This document shows positions 51,756 to 60,208 of a DNA stretch of 64,000 nt, piece by piece. The translations under genes and the position numbers were made by a program. The stretch lies in contig JAPLME010000003.1 of the NCBI GenBank assembly GCA_026387175.1, positions 41,178-105,177 of the forward strand. Direction: 5' to 3'. The notes below the pieces were generated by a model. It was not told the DNA's origin, did not search any database, and worked only from the letters and a program-made list of their open reading frames with translations. Origin of the DNA: Candidatus Omnitrophota bacterium. Its GTDB lineage: Bacteria; Omnitrophota; Gorgyraeia; 2-01-FULL-45-10. Within the stretch, counting starts at the first letter, position 1, and each line of letters starts with the position of its first letter.

Positions 51756-52303
51756 CCCTTTCTACCCGCCTCCATAAGCTTTTCACGCGCTCTCTTCAGC
51801 CTGGAACGGACCGTGTTTATGTTTATATGCAGCGTATCCGCTATCGACTGATAATCGAACCCTTCTATTTCCCTCAAGACGATGCAGGCCCGCTGGTCCG
51901 GGTCGAGCAAATCCAGAAGAGAACTTATTCTCTTTTCGGAGTCGGCCCTGTCGAGCTCCGATCTCACGTCGCCCTGAATCTGCACATCATGCACTACCGG
52001 ATCGTACTCCACTTTGCCGCGCTCATACTTTGCCTTACTCTTTGAATAGTTGATCGCGGTATTGGCGGTAATGCGGTAGATCCAGGTCTTGAACGATGAG
52101 CGGAACCCGAAATTCCTGAGGTTATCATAAACTTTGACAAATACATCCTGCGTGACCTCATCCGCATTATCCCGATTATTGGTTATGCGAAATGCAACAT
52201 TATATACGAAGGTAGACATGGCCTTATATATCTCTTCAAAAGCAGCCACGTCACCCTGAGACGCCTTCATAACAAGTTCATTAGATATATCCGGCATAGG
52301 CAC
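51752..52303 (-). CDS. ECF (group IV) RNA polymerase sigma factor
   Basis: Region 2 FEEIYKAM...DVFVKVY; region 4 LREIEGFDYQSIADTLHININTVRSRL. Confidence 0.85.
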   Translation of the reverse strand: MPMPDISNELVMKASQGDVAAFEEIYKAMSTFVYNVAFRITNNRDNADEVTQDVFVKVYDNLRNFGFRSSFKTWIYRITANTAINYSKSKAKYERGKVEYDPVVHDVQIQGDVRSELDRADSEKRISSLLDLLDPDQRACIVLREIEGFDYQSIADTLHININTVRSRLKRAREKLMEAGRKG

Positions 52304-52314
52304 CTTGTACTATT

Positions 52315-52343
52315 TTAGACATTAGCGCGGCCCTGAAAGTTCC
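52315..52343 (-). promoter_or_regulatory. ECF-type autoregulatory promoter GGAACTT-N16-GTCTAA directly upstream of the sigma gene
   Basis: Minus-strand -35 at 52343-52337 and -10 at 52320-52315. The transcript would be nearly leaderless. Confidence 0.5.
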
Positions 52344-52357
52344 CGTTTATTGAAAAT

Positions 52358-52714
52358 TTAAACTGCTTCCCTGGTAGCTATTAAGCTGACACCGGATACG
52401 AGGAAATTCTCGATGATGGTATCGCCCGCCTTGGTGGGTTTTATTATCTTTACCTTCCTCACCTCTTCCATAGCTCTATATAGATCTTTTTTAGAAATGG
52501 GCTTGTTCGTTCTTACAGGAACGAGCTTCAGGGAAAGCCCCTCCGCAAGCACAGTAGTGGTGAATATTCTCGTAGGATTCTCGATCTCTGAGGCCGCATA
52601 TAAAATGCCCTTAGGGCATCTCGCGCCCCGCACTTTTACGATCTTCTTATCCTCAATATCCACAGACAGGCTGCAGCCTTTCGGGCACTCTATGCAGATC
52701 ATATTCTTTGTCAT
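52358..52714 (-). CDS. DUF1667-family protein (partner of the anaerobic glycerol-3-phosphate oxidoreductase complex)
   Basis: MICIECPKGCSL...ARCPKG Cys motifs; conserved operon context. Confidence 0.7.
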   Translation of the reverse strand: MTKNMICIECPKGCSLSVDIEDKKIVKVRGARCPKGILYAASEIENPTRIFTTTVLAEGLSLKLVPVRTNKPISKKDLYRAMEEVRKVKIIKPTKAGDTIIENFLVSGVSLIATREAV

Positions 52715-53688
52715 ATGCGGCCCCTTATATATCCGGCAGCCAGCTTTCCTGCCAATTCGCTGTCGGCCGTTACGGAATCCACGTAGTCATATACCTTGAA
52801 GGCATTGCCGCAGACGAATATGCCGGGCATCGATGTCTCATTTACCGTCTTTGAGACCGGAGAATTAGTTCTCTTGTCTATTGCGACGCCTGCCATCTCT
52901 ATAAGCTCATTTTCAGGTATAAGCCCAACCGATAACAGGATGGTATCGCACTCTATCGTGAACTCCTTTCCGGGGATCACGTCCATCTTATCATCGACTT
53001 TCGCCGCAATAATACTTTCCACTCTGTCCCTGCCGAATATCTTTAACACTTTATGGTTAAAGTACATGGGAATATCAAAATCTTCCACGCACTGGACCAC
53101 ATTCCGGGCCAGTCCGCTGGTCCTCGGCTGTATCTCCAATATCGCTTTTACCTTCGCGCCTTCCATCGTAAACCGTCGAGCCATTATGAGGCCAATATCT
53201 CCGGAACCTATTATGACAACTGATTTGCCCGGCAGGAACCCTTCGATATTTATCAATTTCTGAGCGAGCCCCGCGGAAAATATGCCTGCGGGCCTTGTGC
53301 CCGGGATATGTATCATCTCGCGTGTCCTTTCGCGGCAGCCGGTGGCCATTATCAGGGCTTTAGGCCGTACGGTGAAAAGGCCTCCCGGTTTAAGATATGT
53401 AAGGGTCTTGTCCGGCCGAAGGCGCACGACGAATGACCGCAAGCTTATCTCTATGCCGGGTATCTTTCTTATCTTCTGTATGAAACGATCGGCATATTCC
53501 GGCCCGGTCAATATCTCTTTAAAGTAGTCGAGCCCGAAACCGGTATGTACGCACTGGTTCAACAGCCCGCCCAGATACTGGTCGCGTTCTATGAGAAGGA
53601 TATCCTTTATTCCGCTCTCACGCGCCGCGATGGCCGCCGCCATGCCCGCCGGCCCGCCGCCGACTATGACAAGATCTTTATTTATCAC
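52711..53688 (-). CDS. NAD(P)/FAD-dependent pyridine-nucleotide-disulfide-type oxidoreductase
   Basis: VIVGGGPAGMAAA and IIGSGDIGL dinucleotide motifs. Confidence 0.8.
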   Translation of the reverse strand: MINKDLVIVGGGPAGMAAAIAARESGIKDILLIERDQYLGGLLNQCVHTGFGLDYFKEILTGPEYADRFIQKIRKIPGIEISLRSFVVRLRPDKTLTYLKPGGLFTVRPKALIMATGCRERTREMIHIPGTRPAGIFSAGLAQKLINIEGFLPGKSVVIIGSGDIGLIMARRFTMEGAKVKAILEIQPRTSGLARNVVQCVEDFDIPMYFNHKVLKIFGRDRVESIIAAKVDDKMDVIPGKEFTIECDTILLSVGLIPENELIEMAGVAIDKRTNSPVSKTVNETSMPGIFVCGNAFKVYDYVDSVTADSELAGKLAAGYIRGRI

Positions 53689-55117
53689 CTGATCTGTCTT
53701 CCTTTACAATCTCTGAGCCCTTTCCCCTCTTCGTCACGCTAGAGGGCGGGATCTTCATTTGGCCGGAGAGTATCTTCATAAGCCGCGTCGTGCAAAAACT
53801 GCCATGGCATCTGCCTGCCTGGGCCCTGGTCCTGAACTTTATCCCGTCGAGCGTTCTTGCCCCTCGAGCTATTGCCCTGCGCACCTCTGCGGCGGATACC
53901 ATCTCGCATCTGCACACAATATCACCATATTCAGGATCTTCTTTAATAAGGCGCCCAGCCTTTTTAAGCAGGCGATCCGAAAAAAGATGGGCCTCTTCTT
54001 TGCGATATTTATTAAAAATTCTCTTCTTCTTCATTCCAAGGCCGTGCTTCTTCAATATGCCGGTCACCATTAACGCTATAGCAGGCGCGGCCGTGAGCCC
54101 CGGAGACTGTATGCCGGCTACATTAATAAAACCCGGCACTTTATCTTCATGCCGAATGATGAAATCGTCTCCTGCTGCAGGCCTTAAGCCCGCAAAATAG
54201 GCTATTATGTCATTTTCATTTATCGAGGGTACCAGCCTCTTCGCATTGGCAAGCACCTTTTTTAATCCCGCGGCGGTGGTCGAAAGATCCTCTTTGTCTT
54301 CAACGTCTTCCGATGTCGGGCCTATCATAGGATTACCATCGGAAGTCCTGATAACGAGTATACCTTTGGATGCCTTGGAAGGCAGAGGAAATATGAGATG
54401 TTTGGTTAGATGCTCTCTCTTTTTATCGAGAAGAAACTCTTCGCCCTTACGGGGTCTTATCTTAAAATCATCCACTCCTACCATACCCGATATATCGTCC
54501 GCATAGAGTCCGCCCGCATTTATTACAAATCTCGCGCTAAATGTTTTCCCTGAGGTCCTTATCTTAAAACCGGGCTTCTCGGGCGTAATCTCCGTGACCT
54601 TAGTTTCGGTATATATCTCGACGCCGTTCATCACAGCATTCTCGGCGAAGTTATAGACCCACCTGTAAGGACTTATCACGCAGGCGCTCGGAGAATAAAG
54701 CGCCGCTATTACATCATGCGACAGATTCGGCTCATGCTTCCTTAGCCAGGCTTTATTTACGATCTTAAGCCCCGGGACTCCCAGCGCCTTGCCGTCCTCT
54801 TTTAACTGCGAAAGCCGCGAGGTCTCCTCTTTATTGAAAGCGACGATCAGCTCTCCCACTTCTTTTAAATCGATCGAAAGCTCCCTGGCCAATTTCCTCG
54901 CCAGGAGATTGCCCTGGACACATAATTTGCCCTTAAGAGAGTTTGGAGGGTTCTGAGTGCCGGGATGGATAATGCCGCTATTAGATTTCGATACGCCGAA
55001 GGCAAGCTCTGCCTCTTTCTCGAGGAGAGCGATCTTTATATCATAGCGTGAAAGCTCACGTGCTATCGCGGTGCCTGTTATGCCTCCGCCCACTATGCAG
55101 ACATCGTAGTATCTCAT
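53678..55117 (-). CDS. FAD-dependent glycerol-3-phosphate dehydrogenase-like oxidoreductase with a BFD-like [2Fe-2S] domain
   Basis: DVCIVGGGITG FAD motif; C-terminal CRCE...C...C cluster. Confidence 0.8.
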   Translation of the reverse strand: MRYYDVCIVGGGITGTAIARELSRYDIKIALLEKEAELAFGVSKSNSGIIHPGTQNPPNSLKGKLCVQGNLLARKLARELSIDLKEVGELIVAFNKEETSRLSQLKEDGKALGVPGLKIVNKAWLRKHEPNLSHDVIAALYSPSACVISPYRWVYNFAENAVMNGVEIYTETKVTEITPEKPGFKIRTSGKTFSARFVINAGGLYADDISGMVGVDDFKIRPRKGEEFLLDKKREHLTKHLIFPLPSKASKGILVIRTSDGNPMIGPTSEDVEDKEDLSTTAAGLKKVLANAKRLVPSINENDIIAYFAGLRPAAGDDFIIRHEDKVPGFINVAGIQSPGLTAAPAIALMVTGILKKHGLGMKKKRIFNKYRKEEAHLFSDRLLKKAGRLIKEDPEYGDIVCRCEMVSAAEVRRAIARGARTLDGIKFRTRAQAGRCHGSFCTTRLMKILSGQMKIPPSSVTKRGKGSEIVKEDRSGDK

Positions 55118-56598
55118 ACCGTGAGCGTCCTCTTCACGGCCTCTAGCCAGCCGGCATAGAGCGAGGACGCGGTCTTCTTCGCCATCTTTGGAACAAATAC
55201 TCTATCGGCCTGCCAGCACCTCTTTATCTCGCGAGTATCCTTCCAGTAACCGACAGCGAGGCCCGCAAGATACGCCGCGCCAAGCGAGGTGATCTCTATC
55301 ACCTTTGGCCTTACGACATCAATACCGAGTATATCCGCCTGGAACTGGCACAACAGGTCATTCACTACCGCGCCGCCGTCGACCTTCAGGCTCCTTATCT
55401 TAAGCTTCGAATCTTTCTGCATGGCATCGACCACATCTTTCGTCTGGTAGCATATGGCTTCGAGAGCGGCGCGCACAAAATGGCTCGCATGTGTGCCCCT
55501 CGTGATACCGAATATGGCGCCGCGCGCTTTCTGATCCCAGTAGGGCGCGCCTAACCCGACGAGCGCGGGAACGAAATAGACTCCCGCGTTATTTGCGACC
55601 GAGGCAGCCATCGCCCCAGACTCCGAAGCATGCTTCAAAATCTTTAGCCCGTCTCTCAGCCATTGTATGGCCGCGCCGGCAGTAAATATGGAACCCTCCA
55701 GGACATAGACGGGTTCGGCATTGGCGCCGCAACCGATCGTCGTAATAAGCCCGTGTTTCGAGACGGGCCTCTTCTTTCCCGTATTCATAAGGACAAAAGA
55801 TCCCGTGCCGTAAGTGCTCTTCATCGTGCCGGGTTCGAAGCATGTCTGGGCGAAGAGCGCTGCCTGCTGATCTCCGGCAAGCGCGCATATGGGTATGCCT
55901 TCCTGGAGGCGCCCTATGCGCACCGTGCGGCCGAACATACCTGACGATTTTTTAACTTCGGGAAGGATCTGCCGCGGGATCCTGAATTTCTTAAGTATCT
56001 CCTCGTCCCATTTGAACTCGCCGATATTGAAACACATTGTACGGGAGGCATTCGTATAATCGGTCGCATGCGCTTTACCGCCCGTCAGCTTCCACAATAT
56101 CCACGAATCGGCCGTGCCGAAACATATCTCGCCCCTCTTAGCCCTGGCGCGCAGGCCCGGCACATTATTCAGCATCCACTCGATCTTAGTTGCGGAGAAA
56201 TACGCGTCGATGGGCAGCCCCGTCTTCTTCCTGAAGAACTCCGTCATCCGGGGCCTCTTCTTAAGCCCTTCACAGCGGTCCTGGGTCCTTCTGCACTGCC
56301 ACACTATCGCATTATGGGCCGGCTTCCCGGTCTTCCTGTCCCACATTATCGTGGTCTCACGCTGATTGGTAATGCCTATCGCGGATATAGAAGCATGGGG
56401 TGCTTTGGCAAGCGCTCTCTGTATTGAATCATTGACGCTGTTCCACAGGTCGTGAGGATCGTGTTCCACCCAGCCGGGACGTGGAAAATGCTGGGGAAAT
56501 TCCTGATAAGCACTGGAGACCTTACGCCCTTTCTTGTTGTAGATTATGGCGCGGCTTCCCGTGGTACCCTGGTCTATCGCTAAAATGTATTTTGCCAT
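55114..56598 (-). CDS. glpK: Glycerol kinase
   Basis: ILAIDQGTTGSR N-terminus; FGGY family; 494 aa. Confidence 0.95.
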   Translation of the reverse strand: MAKYILAIDQGTTGSRAIIYNKKGRKVSSAYQEFPQHFPRPGWVEHDPHDLWNSVNDSIQRALAKAPHASISAIGITNQRETTIMWDRKTGKPAHNAIVWQCRRTQDRCEGLKKRPRMTEFFRKKTGLPIDAYFSATKIEWMLNNVPGLRARAKRGEICFGTADSWILWKLTGGKAHATDYTNASRTMCFNIGEFKWDEEILKKFRIPRQILPEVKKSSGMFGRTVRIGRLQEGIPICALAGDQQAALFAQTCFEPGTMKSTYGTGSFVLMNTGKKRPVSKHGLITTIGCGANAEPVYVLEGSIFTAGAAIQWLRDGLKILKHASESGAMAASVANNAGVYFVPALVGLGAPYWDQKARGAIFGITRGTHASHFVRAALEAICYQTKDVVDAMQKDSKLKIRSLKVDGGAVVNDLLCQFQADILGIDVVRPKVIEITSLGAAYLAGLAVGYWKDTREIKRCWQADRVFVPKMAKKTASSLYAGWLEAVKRTLTV

Positions 56599-56611
56599 CT
56601 ATCCCCTTCGA

Positions 56612-57370
56612 TTATATCCTTTTTTCCGTCCACTTCAACAGATCCTCAAAAACCTTCTCCTTGCCCAAATCTATCGAAAGCGCATGATACATACCAGGAT
56701 ATTCTATTAATGTCTTGTCCTTGGCCGTAAGACGTTTAAATATTCCGACGCTGACGCGGGAGTCGACTATCTTATCGTCCCCTGCAACGAGAAAAAATAC
56801 GGGATCTTTCAGCTTCTTGGCTAAAATCCATGAAGCCATTTGCATAAATAATATCTTAACGATCGAATGTGATGAAGCCAGGCGATGCTCGCGCTCATCG
56901 GAATCCATCTTCTTTCTATATTCTTCATCGCGAGTGCACATCGACGAATCAAACGGCAGCTTGAATTCTTTTCCCGGATTATAGAGAAGGGATGCGGAGA
57001 TCTTCAGGTAATTCAGCATCGACATCTTCAGTCTACTCCCGAAGGCGGGCGAAAAACAGACAAGGCCGTCGAAGAGGCCGCTTCGCCTCACGACGAGCGT
57101 AAATGATATAAGCCCACCCAGGCTCTCGCCTATCAGGAATATCTTTTTTCCGGGATTATTCTTTACGATTATTTCGCGAAGGCTGAAGATGCCGTCATTA
57201 TAATCTTCGGGATTCGGGCATTCGATAGCGTAAGACGAGATATCATTCTTGATGAAGAAGTCGGCCAGCGCTTCCCATCTTCCGGTGTGGGCTCCGATCC
57301 CGTGCACCAATAAAAAAACGGCTCTGGCTCGAGGGGAGATCCATTGCCTGTAGCCGTTCTCTTCGCTCAT
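56612..57370 (-). CDS. Alpha/beta hydrolase (lysophospholipase-like), paralogue of 46407-47216
   Basis: HGIGAHTG; GESLGG nucleophile elbow; about 40% identical to the other copy along the full length. Confidence 0.8.
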   Translation of the reverse strand: MSEENGYRQWISPRARAVFLLVHGIGAHTGRWEALADFFIKNDISSYAIECPNPEDYNDGIFSLREIIVKNNPGKKIFLIGESLGGLISFTLVVRRSGLFDGLVCFSPAFGSRLKMSMLNYLKISASLLYNPGKEFKLPFDSSMCTRDEEYRKKMDSDEREHRLASSHSIVKILFMQMASWILAKKLKDPVFFLVAGDDKIVDSRVSVGIFKRLTAKDKTLIEYPGMYHALSIDLGKEKVFEDLLKWTEKRI

Positions 57371-57396
57371 CCGGACAAGACCTCTGATGTAGGCAT

Positions 57397-58458
57397 TTAA
57401 AAGTAGTTATTAAATATTTCGACTACTTTGGCATGAATACGTTTAGCCGGGCTTGAAGTAAGGGCTAGCTTCTTTTCATAGGCATATCCGCAAAGTCCTA
57501 TCGCTGTCGCAAGGCGCACGCCGTCGAGTCCGGAGATATCGCCCTGCGTCCCCCGAAGCGTGCCCATTTTGACGGGGTGAGAAAGCTTTTCTTCCAGAAA
57601 TTCTATTACGCCATCGGTAAGCGCATAGCCTCCCGTAAGGATTATCGATTGAGGCCCTACGCTTCTCTTTGAAAGATCCTGGAGGCTCGCGGATATCGCA
57701 GATATGAGTTTGTTAAATAAGGCGCTGGAGCGAAAATCACTCCCCGCATCTCGGCCCCCGAGGCTTATTATGTCAAAGCTGTCAAGAACACCTCCAAGAA
57801 ATATGGAAATTTCTGTAAGAGAATTACCTATATCTACCAGTACGGCGCCGGATTCCTTCGTCTCTTTATCAAGAAGGCTCACTCCGCTCGCTATCCCCGT
57901 AAACGCGATATCTTTCACATCATAGCCGGCGTCATTCACGCATTTATGGATACTCTGAATGTGATTCATGTTTGCCGTGACGACATATGTCTCACAGGCA
58001 AGACGCGACGCATACAACCCAAGCGGATTCTTTATCCATGGCTGGTCATCTATCGAAAAAGAATGGACCACTCTATGTATTATCTCTCTATCGAACGGAA
58101 GATGGATCGTGCTCGCGGCATTGACGCTGTTCTCGATATCGGGGGCCGCTATCTCTCTGCCTCTAAGCGATATGGGGACCATCCCTACGGACTTTGCCCC
58201 CCTGACATCCTCCCCGCTTATGTTCACATATATCTCACCGGTTACTCTTGAGGCCTTACCTTTGAGTTTCGTCAATACCCTGGAGACGGAATCTATCGAA
58301 TCATTAAGATCCACAAGCATGCCCCTGTCGATCCCTCCGGCCTCGCCGGTCGCAAAACCCGCGATATCTAATCGGCCATCCCTATCTATGCGCGCGATGA
58401 CGGCCGCTATCTTCGACGATCCTATATCCAGGCCTGTTACCGTTATTGACTTATTCAC
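57397..58458 (-). CDS. ftsA: Cell division protein FtsA (short form, 353 aa)
   Basis: Actin/Hsp70 fold with N-terminal VTGLDIGSSKIAAV; follows ftsQ. Confidence 0.8.
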   Translation of the reverse strand: MNKSITVTGLDIGSSKIAAVIARIDRDGRLDIAGFATGEAGGIDRGMLVDLNDSIDSVSRVLTKLKGKASRVTGEIYVNISGEDVRGAKSVGMVPISLRGREIAAPDIENSVNAASTIHLPFDREIIHRVVHSFSIDDQPWIKNPLGLYASRLACETYVVTANMNHIQSIHKCVNDAGYDVKDIAFTGIASGVSLLDKETKESGAVLVDIGNSLTEISIFLGGVLDSFDIISLGGRDAGSDFRSSALFNKLISAISASLQDLSKRSVGPQSIILTGGYALTDGVIEFLEEKLSHPVKMGTLRGTQGDISGLDGVRLATAIGLCGYAYEKKLALTSSPAKRIHAKVVEIFNNYF

Positions 58459-58486
58459 TGACGCTCTTCCTCCGATTTTTATATTA

Positions 58487-59281
58487 TTATTTGGGACCTA
58501 CTACAATATCCTTAAACCGCACGTCTATATATCTTATATTATCCAGAGCCAGCCTCGGATCTCTGAGAGCCTTACTGAGCAGATTGAGCCTTTCTCTAAA
58601 ATTTTCCTGTCCTATCCTGATCTCGACGCCGTTCTTCAGGCAGAACGACATATTTCTGGGATCGTACACACTTATCGAGGAGACCCCAAAGGACGATAGC
58701 GAGCGAGCCCGGCGTATCTCTCCCAATAGCTCCAGGGTAAGGTTTAAGTTTTTGCCTGTCAGTCCCGAATTTATCGTCCTGATGTCGAGCCCGTTGATCA
58801 CAGGCAGATCGTTAAGCGCCTCCACCCGACTTCCGCCCGGAAGGATCACGCCATCCTCATCCACAGGATAAAATTTTCCGCTTTTAATCAACGCTACCGG
58901 ACGGCGCAGTTTGAGGCTTATCACCAATTTATCGGGAAGCGAGATGCTGGCTACGACGTCCCTCACATCCCCGTAACTACTCTGTATGCTTTGCGCTATA
59001 TACTTTAAATTTATGTTAAAAACGTTTTTGGACCTATAGGCGTTAAATACCCGGCTGCTTATGGATGATGCCGCGCGCGGATCCAGGAACGAGGCTTTAA
59101 TATCCACCGCGCGCAGTTTAAAGTAATCCGACTGGCGAAGGAATGCCTTTACCAGCATGGCCGCGAATATAAGAAAAAGAAACACTACAAGAACTGTCAT
59201 AGTTTTCGATATGATCACATCCTTGGTCTTGCCGTTTATTTCAGGCGCTTTAAATTTCTTTATTTTTTTAAGCTTTCCCAT
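58487..59281 (-). CDS. ftsQ: Cell division protein FtsQ/DivIB (TM helix plus POTRA domain)
   Basis: N-terminal TM anchor; position between ddl and ftsA. Confidence 0.7.
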   Translation of the reverse strand: MGKLKKIKKFKAPEINGKTKDVIISKTMTVLVVFLFLIFAAMLVKAFLRQSDYFKLRAVDIKASFLDPRAASSISSRVFNAYRSKNVFNINLKYIAQSIQSSYGDVRDVVASISLPDKLVISLKLRRPVALIKSGKFYPVDEDGVILPGGSRVEALNDLPVINGLDIRTINSGLTGKNLNLTLELLGEIRRARSLSSFGVSSISVYDPRNMSFCLKNGVEIRIGQENFRERLNLLSKALRDPRLALDNIRYIDVRFKDIVVGPK

Positions 59282-59290
59282 ATCATCCGC

Positions 59291-60208
59291 CTATGCAATC
59301 AAAGCATTCTCGACCAGTCTAATACATAAATCGTCAAAACTCAAGCCAATTGCCTGCGCTGCCTTCGGCAGCAGGCTCCTTTCCGTCATGCCGGGAATGG
59401 TATTGGCTTCAAGCACAAAGAACCTGGATGAAGAGTCCATGATCATATCGATGCGTGAAAAACATCTGCATCCGAGAGCCAGATGAGAGCTCTTTCCAAG
59501 CGCCTGCGCCCGCTTGGCCGTCTCCTCATCCAGCGGAGCTGGCACAAGGTACTTCGTTTCCAGGTCGGCATACTTTGCCTTATAATCGTAAATATTATCT
59601 TTCGTAACGATCTCTATCACAGGAAGAGGTTCGTCGTCCAATATACCTACGGTAAGTTCCCGTCCCGCGACATACTCTTCGATGAGCGCCAGCTCGCCAT
59701 ATTCAAAAGCTTTATCTATCGCCGCAACAAGGGCATTCTTATCGTTGACGACTGAAAGACCTATGCTCGAACCTTCAAGATGGGGCTTCACCACCATCGG
59801 AAAGCCCAGATGGTAGCAGTCCTCCGGATTGAAATCATCTTTTTCAAATATTATATAGCGCGGCGATGGTATCTCTGAGCGCTCGAAGACGGATTTCGTC
59901 AGGACTTTGTCTAATGCGGTCTTCGAAGCCTCAGGGCGGGATCCTGTATAAGGTATCTTCATATCTTCTAATATCCTCTGGACCGTGCCGTCCTCACCAA
60001 ACCTTCCATGGAGCGCGATAAAGGCTATATCGATCTTATTCTCTTCGATCACGCTCTTAATATCATTCCGCACATCAAGAAGCACGGCGTCAAGGCCTTT
60101 ACGAACAAGGCTCGCGTGCACAGCCCGGCCGCTTCTCAGGCTTATCTCGCGCTCATTCGAAGGCCCTCCCGCCAGCACCCCTACCCTCCCTATCCTCGTA
60201 AGGCTCAT
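59291..60208 (-). CDS. ddl: D-alanine--D-alanine ligase
   Basis: ATP-grasp; VGVLAGGPSNEREISL N-terminus. Confidence 0.9.
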   Translation of the reverse strand: MSLTRIGRVGVLAGGPSNEREISLRSGRAVHASLVRKGLDAVLLDVRNDIKSVIEENKIDIAFIALHGRFGEDGTVQRILEDMKIPYTGSRPEASKTALDKVLTKSVFERSEIPSPRYIIFEKDDFNPEDCYHLGFPMVVKPHLEGSSIGLSVVNDKNALVAAIDKAFEYGELALIEEYVAGRELTVGILDDEPLPVIEIVTKDNIYDYKAKYADLETKYLVPAPLDEETAKRAQALGKSSHLALGCRCFSRIDMIMDSSSRFFVLEANTIPGMTERSLLPKAAQAIGLSFDDLCIRLVENALIA

